Positions 9,063 to 18,711 of a DNA stretch of 64,000 bases are shown piece after piece. Below the pieces are notes generated by a model. The model saw only the letters and a program-made list of their open reading frames with translations. It did not search any database and was not told the DNA's origin. The stretch lies in IMG/VR virus record IMGVR_UViG_3300037466_003153, positions 25,253 to 89,252 of that record; one strand, written 5' to 3'. Within the stretch, counting starts at the first letter, position 1, and every line of letters starts with the position of its first letter. The stretch is from a virus (taxonomy: Duplodnaviria > Heunggongvirae > Uroviricota > Caudoviricetes). Made by a program: the position numbers and the translations under genes.

Positions 9063-9755
9063 ATGATTAGGATGGTCATCTATCTCTTTTTAATACTGAT
9101 TAGCCTACCTTGTGTATCTTACAGTCGTGGTATTGCAAAGATTGCGGTTATAGATACCGGTCTTGATGTAAATGATGACCGTTTTAAAGAATTGATTTGT
9201 GGTTACAGAGACTTAACTGGAGAAGGAATTGAGGATAAGCATGGGCATGGAACGCATATCGCTGGCCTTATTAAGCAATACGCTGAAAATGCTCATTATT
9301 GTCTTTATATTATTAAGTTCTATTCTGAGCGTGCATCGAATTTCTCAAATACTAGCCGAATGGCAGAAGCAATTAGAGATGCAGCAAATTCAGGTGCAAA
9401 AATTGTAAATATCTCAGGTGGTGGCGGATCTTTTAGTGAAATTGAATACCTTGCTATAAAAAATCATCCTAAAGTCCGTTTTATTGTAGCTGCAGGTAAT
9501 GATGGTGCTAATTTGGATAAGTCTACCTACAAATATTATCCAGCTTGTTATAATTTAAAAAATATTACAGCAGTCGGTGCTCTAGGAACTAATAATAAAA
9601 GATTGCATGATAGCAACTATGGGAGCAACATAAAGACTTGGGAAGTTGGCGAAAATATTTTGTCAACTCTGCCCAATGGAGAGAATGGAGTATTCTCAGG
9701 CACAAGTATGGCAACAGCCATTCACACAGGGAAAGTGATTCATGAACTTTATTAA
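9063..9755 (+). CDS. Secreted subtilisin-like serine protease (S8 family, 230 aa)
   Basis: N-terminal signal peptide, followed by Asp motif VIDTG, His motif HGHGTHIAG and Ser motif GTSMATA. That is a complete S8 catalytic triad. Confidence 0.75.
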   Translation: MIRMVIYLFLILISLPCVSYSRGIAKIAVIDTGLDVNDDRFKELICGYRDLTGEGIEDKHGHGTHIAGLIKQYAENAHYCLYIIKFYSERASNFSNTSRMAEAIRDAANSGAKIVNISGGGGSFSEIEYLAIKNHPKVRFIVAAGNDGANLDKSTYKYYPACYNLKNITAVGALGTNNKRLHDSNYGSNIKTWEVGENILSTLPNGENGVFSGTSMATAIHTGKVIHELY

Positions 9756-10218
9756 AGCTTTGATTATTAGCGTATTATTTGTTACAATGTTATTCGTATC
9801 CACAATTGTAGCATCAAAAGTAGCAAGAGCAGATGATTATCACGTCATTGATTTGAATGAGCTTTCTCTTGATTATAAAAATTATAAGATGGTTAACGCT
9901 AATAGCCACAATATGCTAATTTGGCCAACTCCACCAAAAGAAAGTATCAACGTCAACATTAAATTAGACTTGTTTAAATACTTTTATTGGGATAGCATTA
10001 TTGAATCACTAACAAATGATGCGAAGTATGCTTCTATTGGATTGGATACAAGACTTGGTGTTAGATTATCGGATTATTTAGAACTAGGTTTGTATCATCA
10101 CAGTCAACATGTTCTTGATAGAACATATGATTATATGAATGGACATTATCCAGAAGAAGATGCGGTAGAAATTAAACTTTATCTCTTTCGCAAGGACAAA
10201 AGGGAGTCACTTTTTTAA
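9742..10218 (+). CDS. Secreted/membrane-anchored protein (158 aa), translationally coupled to the subtilase
   Basis: N-terminal hydrophobic segment. Its start overlaps the subtilase 3' end. Confidence 0.45.
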   Translation: MNFIKALIISVLFVTMLFVSTIVASKVARADDYHVIDLNELSLDYKNYKMVNANSHNMLIWPTPPKESINVNIKLDLFKYFYWDSIIESLTNDAKYASIGLDTRLGVRLSDYLELGLYHHSQHVLDRTYDYMNGHYPEEDAVEIKLYLFRKDKRESLF

Positions 10219-10442
10219 TGAAACGTTCGGAAGCATTAAAAGCGATTGAAAACATTCTTAGAGAAAACCTACATCAGCGTTATTATGATGTTAAGCATGA
10301 AGATGTAGCTAAGGAACTTCTAAACAAACTAGAAGAATTGGGAATGGTTCCTCCTAATGGGTATCATTTTCCTACACCGGATGAAATTAAACAAGGTTAT
10401 TATCCTGTTCCGTTTCTAAGTAACAGATGGGAGCAAGAATGA
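10218..10442 (+). CDS. Hypothetical protein (74 aa)
   Basis: ORF with overlapping start/stop coupling. Confidence 0.4.
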   Translation: MKRSEALKAIENILRENLHQRYYDVKHEDVAKELLNKLEELGMVPPNGYHFPTPDEIKQGYYPVPFLSNRWEQE

Positions 10443-10768
10443 GCAGCAATTATGATAGCAAGCAAGGTCATAGTTTTGTTCTCACTGAGTTCTTACATCC
10501 TGAAGATGAAGCTCTTCTTTGTACATTGTTTGATGAATATCAAGATCATGAAGAACAAGAAATCATTAGGATTATGCATGAGACAAAAATTCTTAAGAAC
10601 GTTTGTCTTGTTAAAACTCTCATGTATCCATACGAATACATTTTATCCAAAATTTTTCTTCCTAAGACAATGGTTAGGGAAAGAATTCAATTTCAGGCAC
10701 TCTATTGGAAATTCTTACGTGGTAAAATGACGTATGAAGAATTTAAAGATAAATTAGGACTACCATGA
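10427..10768 (+). CDS. Hypothetical protein (113 aa)
   Basis: ORF in an operon-like arrangement. Confidence 0.4.
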   Translation: MGARMSSNYDSKQGHSFVLTEFLHPEDEALLCTLFDEYQDHEEQEIIRIMHETKILKNVCLVKTLMYPYEYILSKIFLPKTMVRERIQFQALYWKFLRGKMTYEEFKDKLGLP

Positions 10769-10831
10769 ACACCGAAGTACTAATTCTTTTAGCAAGCATT
10801 TTAGTTTTATATTTTTATTATAGGAGATAAC

Positions 10832-11938
10832 GTGAGTACTTTTAAAGTTGAAATTGTTAAAATTAATGGTGTCATGCCACACCCAAATGCAGATAGACTT
10901 GATATTGTACAAGTTAATGATTGGCAATGCGTAACTGCTAAAGGTAACTTCAAAGTTGGCGACCTTGCTGTTTATTTTCCAATTGATTCCTTGCTACCAG
11001 CAAACGTTGAATCTGCTATCTTTGGACCAGATGCAAAAGTAAAGCTTACTAATAGCCGTGTCCGTACTATTAAACTTCGCGGTGCCATTTCTCAAGGCAT
11101 TGCGGTAAGACCAGAAACCTTTTATTCATCACACGGTCCTTGGTATTTAGGTCAAGATGTAACTAATGAGTTAGGAATTACTAAATACGAACCTGAAGTC
11201 AAGGGACCATCTACAACTCTAGGTAAATCTTCTCGTAATCAATCCAATCCTAATTTCCATAAGTATGGCGGGATTGAGAATGCTAAGAATTATCCAGATT
11301 TGTTTCAAGAAGGGGAAGAAGTTGTTGTTACTGAAAAGATTCACGGTACAAATTTTAGAGCGGGATATGTTCCTTTCTATGCTGATACACTATTTAAACG
11401 TGTAAAACAATTTTTTGGACTAACCCCTAAATATGAGTTTGTTTATGGATCTAATAATGTTCAACTTCAAAGCAAACTACTTTATAAAGGTTATTACAAC
11501 ACTAACGTTTATGCTGAAACTGTTTTTAACTACGGTCTTCAAGATCTTCTAGAGGAAGGTGAAGTTATTTACGGTGAAGTTTATGGAGATGGCGTTCAAA
11601 AAGGATACACCTATGGATGCGGTAAAGACGAACGTAATCTTATTGTATTCGATGTCATGGTAAATGGCAAATACCTTAACATCTTGGATGCAAAGAATTT
11701 TTGTGATGCTAGAGGACTAAACTTTGTCCCTATTATCTACATGGGAACCTTTAATAAGGAAAAGATTTTAGCTATGAGAGATGGTGACAGTATTTTGTCA
11801 CCTGAACAAAAGATTAGAGAAGGTGTTGTTGTAAAACCTGTTGAAGAACAAATGTGTTATATTGGACGCAAGTTCCTAAAGTATATCAGTGATAATTATT
11901 TGCTAAAGAATCAGGATAATGAAACTTTACCACATTAA
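10832..11938 (+). CDS. RNA ligase, Rnl2-like (ATP-dependent nucleotidyltransferase)
   Basis: Motif I EKIHGTNFRAGY around the lysine, and a downstream EGVVVKP motif, both as in T4 Rnl2. A GGAG Shine-Dalgarno precedes the start. Confidence 0.7.
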   Translation: MSTFKVEIVKINGVMPHPNADRLDIVQVNDWQCVTAKGNFKVGDLAVYFPIDSLLPANVESAIFGPDAKVKLTNSRVRTIKLRGAISQGIAVRPETFYSSHGPWYLGQDVTNELGITKYEPEVKGPSTTLGKSSRNQSNPNFHKYGGIENAKNYPDLFQEGEEVVVTEKIHGTNFRAGYVPFYADTLFKRVKQFFGLTPKYEFVYGSNNVQLQSKLLYKGYYNTNVYAETVFNYGLQDLLEEGEVIYGEVYGDGVQKGYTYGCGKDERNLIVFDVMVNGKYLNILDAKNFCDARGLNFVPIIYMGTFNKEKILAMRDGDSILSPEQKIREGVVVKPVEEQMCYIGRKFLKYISDNYLLKNQDNETLPH

Positions 11939-12080
11939 TTTTCTTGATGTTTACGCTAATAGTGTATATAATTATTAGGGTAAGGGATACAATTTTGGGT
12001 TAGTTCAACAGCAGAATGTGGAGACTTCAGACCTCTAAGATAAGTGTGCAATTCACTTACCCAAAACTTTTTAGGATATT

Positions 12081-12872
12081 ATGAATAAACCATACATTTT
12101 ATATCATGGAAACTGTTTCGATGGATATGGAGCAGCATTTGCAGCGTGGAAGAAATTTGGATCAAACGCAGTATACATTCCTTGTGTTTACGGTGCTACT
12201 ACTCCTTTGGTGCCTAAAGGAGTTGAAGTGTTCATGATTGACTTCTCCCTCAAACGAGATGAGATGTTAAAACTTCATGAAAATTGTAATGGTAAGCTTA
12301 CTGTATTAGATCATCATAAAACCGCAGAAGAAAATCTTAAAGGATTAGACTTCGCATATTTCGATATGAATCGTTCTGGAGCTATGATGGCTTGGGACTT
12401 CTTTCATGGTACAGAAGCACCAGAACTTATTAAGTATATTCAGGATAGAGATCTTTGGAAGCATGAACTTCCTTTCTCTAAAGAAGTTTCTGCAGCATTA
12501 CAATCATATCCTTATGAGTTTGCAGTTTGGGACACACTTCAAGTTCCAACACTTATCGAAGAAGGAAAAACATTACTTCGTTATCAAGAAGTATTGGTTG
12601 ATATGATTTGTGCAAAAGCATTCAAAGCAAATCTTGGTGGCCATGAAATCATGGTAGTTAATAGCACTTCTCATTGGTCAGAAGTCGGAAATAAGCTTTG
12701 TAAGATGTTTCCAGATGCTCCATTCTGTGCTTCTTTCTTTGTAGATAGCGCAACTGGAAATCAAAAATATTCGCTCCGTTCTATTGGTGATTTCGACGTA
12801 AGTGTTATTGCTAAACAGTATGGTGGCGGTGGTCATAAAAACGCTGCCGGATTTGAGGTGAAGTTTGACTAA
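12081..12872 (+). CDS. DHH-family phosphoesterase (NrnA/nanoRNase-like, 263 aa)
   Basis: DHH motif (LTVLDHHKT) and DHHA1 motif (GGGGHKNAAGF). Confidence 0.75.
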   Translation: MNKPYILYHGNCFDGYGAAFAAWKKFGSNAVYIPCVYGATTPLVPKGVEVFMIDFSLKRDEMLKLHENCNGKLTVLDHHKTAEENLKGLDFAYFDMNRSGAMMAWDFFHGTEAPELIKYIQDRDLWKHELPFSKEVSAALQSYPYEFAVWDTLQVPTLIEEGKTLLRYQEVLVDMICAKAFKANLGGHEIMVVNSTSHWSEVGNKLCKMFPDAPFCASFFVDSATGNQKYSLRSIGDFDVSVIAKQYGGGGHKNAAGFEVKFD

Positions 12873-13056
12873 GAAAAAGATAGTTAATAAGATCCAAGAA
12901 GTACTAGACAACTTAAGTGTTGTTAAAATTTCTAATAAGCAAAAAGCAGAAGCCATCTACTCTGATCTTGAAGCTATGTTTCAAGAAGAGCTAGGTAAAA
13001 GAAATATTAAGTTACAACCAGTCAGAGTTAAAGGAAATGATGATGCTACACATTAA
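12865..13056 (+). CDS. Hypothetical protein (63 aa)
   Basis: ORF coupled to the neighbouring genes. Confidence 0.35.
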   Translation: MTKKKIVNKIQEVLDNLSVVKISNKQKAEAIYSDLEAMFQEELGKRNIKLQPVRVKGNDDATH

Positions 13057-13435
13057 ACACCAAAATCCTGATGCCTCATCGGGTTTCTCACGCTGTACAT
13101 TCGCAGTTAAAGTTTTTTCAAAAATCTTTCTTTATTCTCTTTTTGAGAATGGAGTTAATATTGTTCCAGTACAGCTTGGTGTAGCTTTTGTTCATCCTAA
13201 AGACCACTATGTTAAAAAGGTTGGAGCAGAAAAGGCTATCGAAAACGTAGGATTTGTAGACGCTCATCTCACTAATATTGAAATGCGTGAACCAAATCGT
13301 GTTGTATTTCACTTTCAGGCACACGTAAAAGATCCACGTCCACATAATCCCGAAGGTGAAACTCTTGTCGATTTTGGATTTTCTTTTATTCCAGAAAGTC
13401 CGAATGTCCGTTTGGAATATATTGTTACAATTTAA
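13037..13435 (+). CDS. Hypothetical protein (132 aa)
   Basis: ORF. Confidence 0.4.
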   Translation: MMMLHIKHQNPDASSGFSRCTFAVKVFSKIFLYSLFENGVNIVPVQLGVAFVHPKDHYVKKVGAEKAIENVGFVDAHLTNIEMREPNRVVFHFQAHVKDPRPHNPEGETLVDFGFSFIPESPNVRLEYIVTI

Positions 13436-13444
13436 GGAGCAAGC

Positions 13445-13759
13445 ATGTCTGCAAGTACACAAGAAGATGTAAACACGTATGTAGTTGGTGATCGAGTTAA
13501 GTTTAACGAAAAGCATCACTTCTTATATGGTAACAAAGGTAAAGTTACTGGCGTATTTGGTATTTCCGTTGAAATTAAGATGGATGATAAACTAACAATC
13601 ATTACTTCTTATAAAAATCTTAAAAAAATTAAGTTGGTAAAGAAAAATGAAAATGGATCAGGAAACACTAAAACAAATAATGGTTCAAGCAAAAATCGAA
13701 CTCGCTCAGGAAGAGTTTCGAAAAGCAGTGGAAGCAAAAAAGGTAGAACTTCGAAATAA
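13445..13759 (+). CDS. Hypothetical protein with basic Ser/Lys/Arg-rich C-terminal tail (104 aa)
   Basis: AGGAG Shine-Dalgarno. The C-terminal tail is of a type often involved in nucleic-acid binding. Confidence 0.45.
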   Translation: MSASTQEDVNTYVVGDRVKFNEKHHFLYGNKGKVTGVFGISVEIKMDDKLTIITSYKNLKKIKLVKKNENGSGNTKTNNGSSKNRTRSGRVSKSSGSKKGRTSK

Positions 13760-13815
13760 GAAGAGTCTTTTTGATAAGTTATTTCCATATAAAATCATTA
13801 TTGTAAGGAAATAAT

Positions 13816-13980
13816 ATGACGATGATTTTTAATTTTACGATTTTAGCATTAAATATCCTTTTTGCTATTATCTGTTTAAAGAATTATTTAAAGTATAATA
13901 ATAGTATGGATTTTGTTGTTGGTGTTATTAACGTTGTGTCTGCTATCATTGGTATGTTTAATATTGCTATTAGATTATAA
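13816..13980 (+). CDS. Small hydrophobic membrane peptide (54 aa)
   Basis: MTMIFNFTILALNILFAIICLK... Confidence 0.3.
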   Translation: MTMIFNFTILALNILFAIICLKNYLKYNNSMDFVVGVINVVSAIIGMFNIAIRL

Positions 13981-13989
13981 GGAGAAAGT

Positions 13990-14163
13990 ATGTTGGATAT
14001 TAAGAAGGTTCAGGAAGAAGCTCAACAAGAACTCGTTCAAGAGCGTATGGAAAAAGCTAAGAAGCAAGTTAAGTCCAAGCTCAATGAAATTGCTACTGCA
14101 GAAAAAGTTGTTGCTAATCTAAAACGTGAATTAGACGATCTTTACGCTGAGCTAGGACAATGA
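13990..14163 (+). CDS. Small coiled-coil protein (57 aa)
   Basis: GGAG Shine-Dalgarno. ATGA overlap with the next gene. Confidence 0.3.
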   Translation: MLDIKKVQEEAQQELVQERMEKAKKQVKSKLNEIATAEKVVANLKRELDDLYAELGQ

Positions 14164-14771
14164 GAAGTGCGCTAGACTACTGGCTTCAAAACCCTATTTG
14201 TCAGGTTCATTTTGCCGGTTTTACTAGCGATACATATACTCTTCAGCGTGCAGGTTGGGATATTTCTGCTCAACAAGGGTTTTCGCCTTGGAGATCTGGA
14301 TATGAAATTACTCTAGCATTAAGAAATAGGAACGCAGGTCTTTATGCACTATCTACTCCACTTGAAATCGATTTATATTTGATGTCGAGGGAACCAAGAT
14401 ACTATCAAGGACTTGTTTTCGATGTCCAACGTGTTAGTAGTGAGATTGAAATGAGAAGCTACGGTGGAAAGATTGATTACTTTAATAACTTTGAAGCTGT
14501 TGATGCAGAACCAATGTTAATTAAAGAACCAAGCTACCAAAAGATTTCGGAAATGAAAATCTTTAAGCCGATGGTGAAAACTCAAGAGATTCTAATCGGT
14601 CCTCAGTCAGTTCCAGAAGCATTAGAGTATATTCTAAAGCTACAAGATCCTAAGCAAAAGGAAATTAGAGAAAAGAAACGTAAGGAAGTAGCCAGAAACG
14701 AAGTAAGGGATGTTCTAGATGGTAAACCTCAAGAAGAATTCATTGCTCAAATTATTAGCCTTACTGGTTAG
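14160..14771 (+). CDS. Hypothetical protein (203 aa)
   Basis: ORF. No recognisable motif. Confidence 0.5.
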   Translation: MRSALDYWLQNPICQVHFAGFTSDTYTLQRAGWDISAQQGFSPWRSGYEITLALRNRNAGLYALSTPLEIDLYLMSREPRYYQGLVFDVQRVSSEIEMRSYGGKIDYFNNFEAVDAEPMLIKEPSYQKISEMKIFKPMVKTQEILIGPQSVPEALEYILKLQDPKQKEIREKKRKEVARNEVRDVLDGKPQEEFIAQIISLTG

Positions 14772-15024
14772 TCTGAATTGTCAGGCCGGTCAGAAAGATG
14801 TTGCTATTAATAATGCTAAAGAAGCATTCTTGATCCAATCTAGAACTTACGAATATGCAAATAAGGCTGGTAAATACATGTTAACTCAGTTGAACGCTGA
14901 GAAACCTGTTGTTACCAGCCTTTTTGTTTATAAAACGATCCGAAATAAAACTATCTCGTTCCCATACAAAGACAAAAAAATCACCTTGACACCAAATCAA
15001 GTACAAATAAGTTTTCCTTTTTAA
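14719..15024 (+). CDS. Secreted small protein (101 aa)
   Basis: Signal-peptide-like N-terminus. Confidence 0.4.
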   Translation: MVNLKKNSLLKLLALLVSLNCQAGQKDVAINNAKEAFLIQSRTYEYANKAGKYMLTQLNAEKPVVTSLFVYKTIRNKTISFPYKDKKITLTPNQVQISFPF

Positions 15025-15025
15025 T

Positions 15026-16063
15026 ATGAATAATATCCTATATACACAATTTGGTTCTCATATTTACGGAACGAATGTTCCAACTTCAGATATGGACTTT
15101 AAAGCGGTTTTTATTCCTACTGCTAAAGATATTGTCCTTCAGCGTGCTCCTGGCACTATTGTACAGAATACTAAAACTGACAAGAATGCACGTAACACTG
15201 CAGACGATGTAGATATCGAGATGTTTTCTCTTCATCGCTATCTAGATCTTCTCATGCAAGGTCAGACGGTGGCCCTTGACATGCTTTTTACTCCAGATTC
15301 TTTTCATTCAAAAGGTTCTTGGCAATGGGATTATATTAGACAACACAAAAACGAGTTTCTACACAAAGGAACCGTAGCTTTCATTGGCTATGCGAAACAG
15401 CAGGCGGGTAAATATGGAATTAAAGGAACTAGAGTTGCAGCGTTAAGAACAACTTTAGATCTATTTAATAAACATGAAGATTATAAAAAACTTAATCATG
15501 TAGATGTGTTTTTTGATTTACTTGTTTTATGTTATTCTAATTTTATCGATTATAATGGAGATCCATTAGATACTAATCTTAATTTGAACAATGAATTTAT
15601 TAAACTTATAAATATAAAAGGACCAAACAATAAAATAGAACTTCATTTAGAAGTTTGTAATAGAAAAATTCCTCTACATGCCACGGTTAAATACGCTAAA
15701 TCTATCTTTCAGAAAATCTTTGATGAGTATGGAGCTAGAGCTTTACAAGCTGAGAAGAATGAAGGTGTCGATTGGAAAGCACTTATGCACGCAGTTCGCG
15801 TTTGCGGACAAGCATATGAACTATTAAGTACTGGACATATCACTTTTCCAAGACCGGAAGCTCATATTCTTCTTCAAATTCGAAAAGGCGAGCTACAATA
15901 CAAAGCAGTAGCAGAATGTATTGAAATGGGACTTGAAGATTTGGAGAAAGCTAAGCTAAAGTCTTCACTAAGAGATGAACCTAACCGTTTGTTCGCTTCT
16001 GAGTTTATTGAAGACGTTTATTCTGCAGCTGTATTAGGCGAATATGGTTATGAAGGAAATTAA
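15026..16063 (+). CDS. Pol-beta-superfamily nucleotidyltransferase (345 aa)
   Basis: N-terminal GS-x9-SDMD motif (FGSHIYGTNVPTSDMDFKAV), typical of minimal nucleotidyltransferases. Confidence 0.55.
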   Translation: MNNILYTQFGSHIYGTNVPTSDMDFKAVFIPTAKDIVLQRAPGTIVQNTKTDKNARNTADDVDIEMFSLHRYLDLLMQGQTVALDMLFTPDSFHSKGSWQWDYIRQHKNEFLHKGTVAFIGYAKQQAGKYGIKGTRVAALRTTLDLFNKHEDYKKLNHVDVFFDLLVLCYSNFIDYNGDPLDTNLNLNNEFIKLINIKGPNNKIELHLEVCNRKIPLHATVKYAKSIFQKIFDEYGARALQAEKNEGVDWKALMHAVRVCGQAYELLSTGHITFPRPEAHILLQIRKGELQYKAVAECIEMGLEDLEKAKLKSSLRDEPNRLFASEFIEDVYSAAVLGEYGYEGN

Positions 16064-16607
16064 ATTAACAAAGGGTTATGTTGCCCTAGTAGATGATGAA
16101 GATTATGAAAAACTTTCAGAAAGAAGCTGGCATGTCTCATTCTCTAATAAAAATAAACGACATAAACAACATGTTTACGCTCAAGTTACTATTAAAAAAG
16201 ATGGAATAAAAAAGACTTATAAGATACATCGTATAATTTTAGGAGTAAATGATCCAAAAATTGATGTAGATCATATTAATGGTAATACATTAGATAATAG
16301 ACGTTGTAATCTCAGACTTTGTAGTAGATCCGATAACAATAAAAATTCAATTAAAAGAAGTAAACTTGATAGTAAATCTCCTGTTTCTAAGTATAAAGGT
16401 GTCAGATATTCTTTTATTTACAAACCTAATGGTAAAAAACATATAAGATCTAAACCTTGGATGGCAGCAGGATCTGAAAATGGTAAACCTGTGCATTTGG
16501 GTTATTTTAAAACAGAACTTGAAGCAGCTAAAGCTTATAATGAATTTGCATTGAAATATTATGGCGAATTTGCTAAAATTAATGAAATAGAGGATAAAAA
16601 TGAGTAA
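16044..16607 (+). CDS. HNH homing endonuclease with C-terminal AP2 DNA-binding domain
   Basis: HNH core (DVDHINGNTLDNRRCNLR) plus an AP2-like segment (YKGVRY...GKPVHLGYFKTELEAAKAYNEFALKYYG). Confidence 0.7.
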   Translation: MVMKEIKLTKGYVALVDDEDYEKLSERSWHVSFSNKNKRHKQHVYAQVTIKKDGIKKTYKIHRIILGVNDPKIDVDHINGNTLDNRRCNLRLCSRSDNNKNSIKRSKLDSKSPVSKYKGVRYSFIYKPNGKKHIRSKPWMAAGSENGKPVHLGYFKTELEAAKAYNEFALKYYGEFAKINEIEDKNE

Positions 16608-17369
16608 AAAAATTGCAGCAATAGGCGATGTACATGGTTGTTATGAGGAACTCGAACAACTATACAATAGCTTGTGTTGGATTTCACTAGATGAGATCTG
16701 GCACTTGGGGGATCTTTAGTTGACCGTGGTCCTGATAGTGGAAAAACTGTTCAATTTTGCCGTGAGAACAACATCAAAGGTGTGATGGGCAATCATGACG
16801 ACTCTATTATTAATCATTGGAATAGGTTTAATAGCAGTGGTGGACTTCCTCGGAATCTCGACAAGAGGAAAACCTTATCTGAACTTTGTCAACGCGATGT
16901 TGATTACCTTAGTACTCTGCCTTATCTTCACGTTTTCGATGATTTGGGTCTTGTTTTAGTTCACGGCGGACTATTTCCTAAAATTCCACTCTACGCACAA
17001 CCTATTAACGTGTGTAGAACACAAATGGTAAATCCTTTTTATCCTGGTAAGAGCGTTTGGTGGGGAAATGACGCTAAACTCATGTTTAAAAATGGTAAAA
17101 CCGAAGATGAAATGCGAGCCGAAGGTTGGGAACGCTGGTATCGCGTGTATGATCATGAACAAGACGTGATTTTTGGTCATAGTACGTTCGCACAACCCAT
17201 GATTTATCAAAATAAAGGCTATGGAAGGTGTATCGGAGTAGACACAGGCTCTTGTTTTGGTGGTTCTGTCACTGCTGCTATCTATTCTGCTAGTAGTTTG
17301 AGTTTTATTAGTGTAAAATGTAAGGAACTTTATTATCCAGATGCTCATAGAGCGTTTAATGAGGGATGA
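16600..17369 (+). pseudogene. Ser/Thr protein phosphatase (lambda-PPase / metallophosphoesterase family), reading frame interrupted at 16717-16719
   Basis: MSKKIAAIGDVHGCYEE...IWHLGDL then a TAG stop. The canonical continuation VDRGPDSGKT...GNHD resumes in the frame offset by 2 nt. An extra TA splits the GDLVDRG motif. Confidence 0.7.
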
Positions 17370-17494
17370 ATAGCATGGAATATCTCACTGGACTTAGTAT
17401 TGGTCTATTAGTTGGTGTTACAGTTCTCTATTTTATACTCGATAAAATATAAAGTCTCTTGAAGTTTAGGTTAATAAGGATTATAATCTTATTT

Positions 17495-17866
17495 ATGACG
17501 AACACTGTAGTAAGGAAGCTACAAAACCTGAGACGTTTATCCAATCACAAGCAACACAAGCTCAGTGCGTTGATTTTACATCGTGGTCGCCCTATTTCTT
17601 TCGGATATAATAACCAAACAAAGACACATCCAAAGATTAAAAAGTATTCTGACCTCAAAACTCTTCATGCTGAAATGTCTGCCTTGTTTAAAATTAAAAA
17701 TAAATCAATTCTTAAAGACTGTACGATGGTAATTTATCGTGAACATCGTAATGGAGTGATGGCAAATGCAAAACCTTGTGAAGTTTGTACGGAGATGCTT
17801 AGGGATTATGGAATTACTCAAGTCATTTATTCAACACCTAATGGTTGGATTGAAGAGATTCTTTAA
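17495..17866 (+). CDS. dCMP/cytidine deaminase-like zinc-dependent deaminase (~123 aa)
   Basis: HAEMSAL (H-x-E) and PCEVC (PCxxC) zinc-binding motifs. The start could alternatively be the TTG at 17459. Confidence 0.6.
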   Translation: MTNTVVRKLQNLRRLSNHKQHKLSALILHRGRPISFGYNNQTKTHPKIKKYSDLKTLHAEMSALFKIKNKSILKDCTMVIYREHRNGVMANAKPCEVCTEMLRDYGITQVIYSTPNGWIEEIL

Positions 17867-18089
17867 TATTGGTCCCAAATTTAAAGTGGGAGATGTTCTT
17901 ATTATCGATCACGAGCGCGAAGAATGGGAAAGAATAACTACTGGTATTAAAATTGTAAATGTTGGTAAGAAAAAATACCTACATAAGGATGTTTATTTTA
18001 ATAATGACGGATCAATAAAAGAAGAACGTTACCTAGATGATAGTAACTTCAGATATATTGAACTTTTATACAAAAAATATGAACGCTAA
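17841..18089 (+). CDS. Hypothetical protein (82 aa)
   Basis: ORF overlapping the deaminase 3' end. The start is uncertain. Confidence 0.3.
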   Translation: MVGLKRFFNIGPKFKVGDVLIIDHEREEWERITTGIKIVNVGKKKYLHKDVYFNNDGSIKEERYLDDSNFRYIELLYKKYER

Positions 18090-18249
18090 ACTTTGTTCCC
18101 AATGTGAAAAGATTATCCAAATGCCTGCTTCTATTAGCAGAGTAAAAGAAGACGATTTTTGTGATGATTGTTATAGGTTTAAACTAAAAATTGAAAGCAT
18201 TATTAAAGAAAATAGAGAGTTAATCGAAGATCTTAAGAGAGAATGGTGA
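18079..18249 (+). CDS. Small zinc-ribbon protein
   Basis: CSQCEK...CDDCYRF. Confidence 0.35.
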   Translation: MNAKLCSQCEKIIQMPASISRVKEDDFCDDCYRFKLKIESIIKENRELIEDLKREW

Positions 18250-18252
18250 AGA

Positions 18253-18711
18253 ATGACTGACCTGACCGACCAAAATGTAGTTAACAAGCTAACAAGAACA
18301 GCACATGCTGTAGCTAAAGGCTATGGATTGTTAGATCATGTTGACGATTTTAAACAATTTATGTTTGAAAAGTATCTTGGTGGTCGAAAAGGTAAAGTTT
18401 CTCAAATTTTTATCGATTATATTAGATACGAATTTGGAGATAGTCGTCACGAAAACGAAACTTTTAGATTTAATAAGGCTGTTGAATGGGAGGAAAGTAT
18501 GGATACTGAAGTTTTTGATCAACATGAAGTTGACCTCAACCGAATTTTAAACAGTTTTAAGGGTGAAGAACGCACAATGATGACTCTCTATCACAAATGG
18601 GGATTCACTTATAAGGAAATTGGGGAAACTCTTGGCTACAGTGAAGCAAAAGTTTTCTTAATTATGAAGGATCTTAACAGAAAAGTAAGGAAGGTATTCG
18701 GAAATGCGTAG
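18253..18711 (+). CDS. Sigma-70 region-4-like HTH protein (candidate phage sigma factor or transcription regulator, 152 aa)
   Basis: The C-terminus (RTMMTLYHKWGFTYKEIGETLGYSEAKVFLIMKDLNRKVR) resembles sigma region 4 / ECF-type HTH. Confidence 0.5.
   Translation: MTDLTDQNVVNKLTRTAHAVAKGYGLLDHVDDFKQFMFEKYLGGRKGKVSQIFIDYIRYEFGDSRHENETFRFNKAVEWEESMDTEVFDQHEVDLNRILNSFKGEERTMMTLYHKWGFTYKEIGETLGYSEAKVFLIMKDLNRKVRKVFGNA

Noticed and set aside
13913-14122. Listed 69-aa ORF.
   Set aside because: Two shorter ORFs with Shine-Dalgarno sequences and ATGA coupling (13816-13980 and 13990-14163) explain the region better.
15026-16063. Calling the GS/DxD nucleotidyltransferase a cGAS/DncV-like (CBASS-type) enzyme.
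   Set aside because: Only the generic pol-beta motif is visible. No second-messenger-synthase features can be asserted from sequence by eye.
16700-16725. Programmed -1 ribosomal frameshift explanation for the phosphatase break.
   Set aside because: There is no slippery heptamer. A -1 shift would give GDLLVDRG rather than the canonical GDLVDRG. A 2-nt insertion or an error is more parsimonious.
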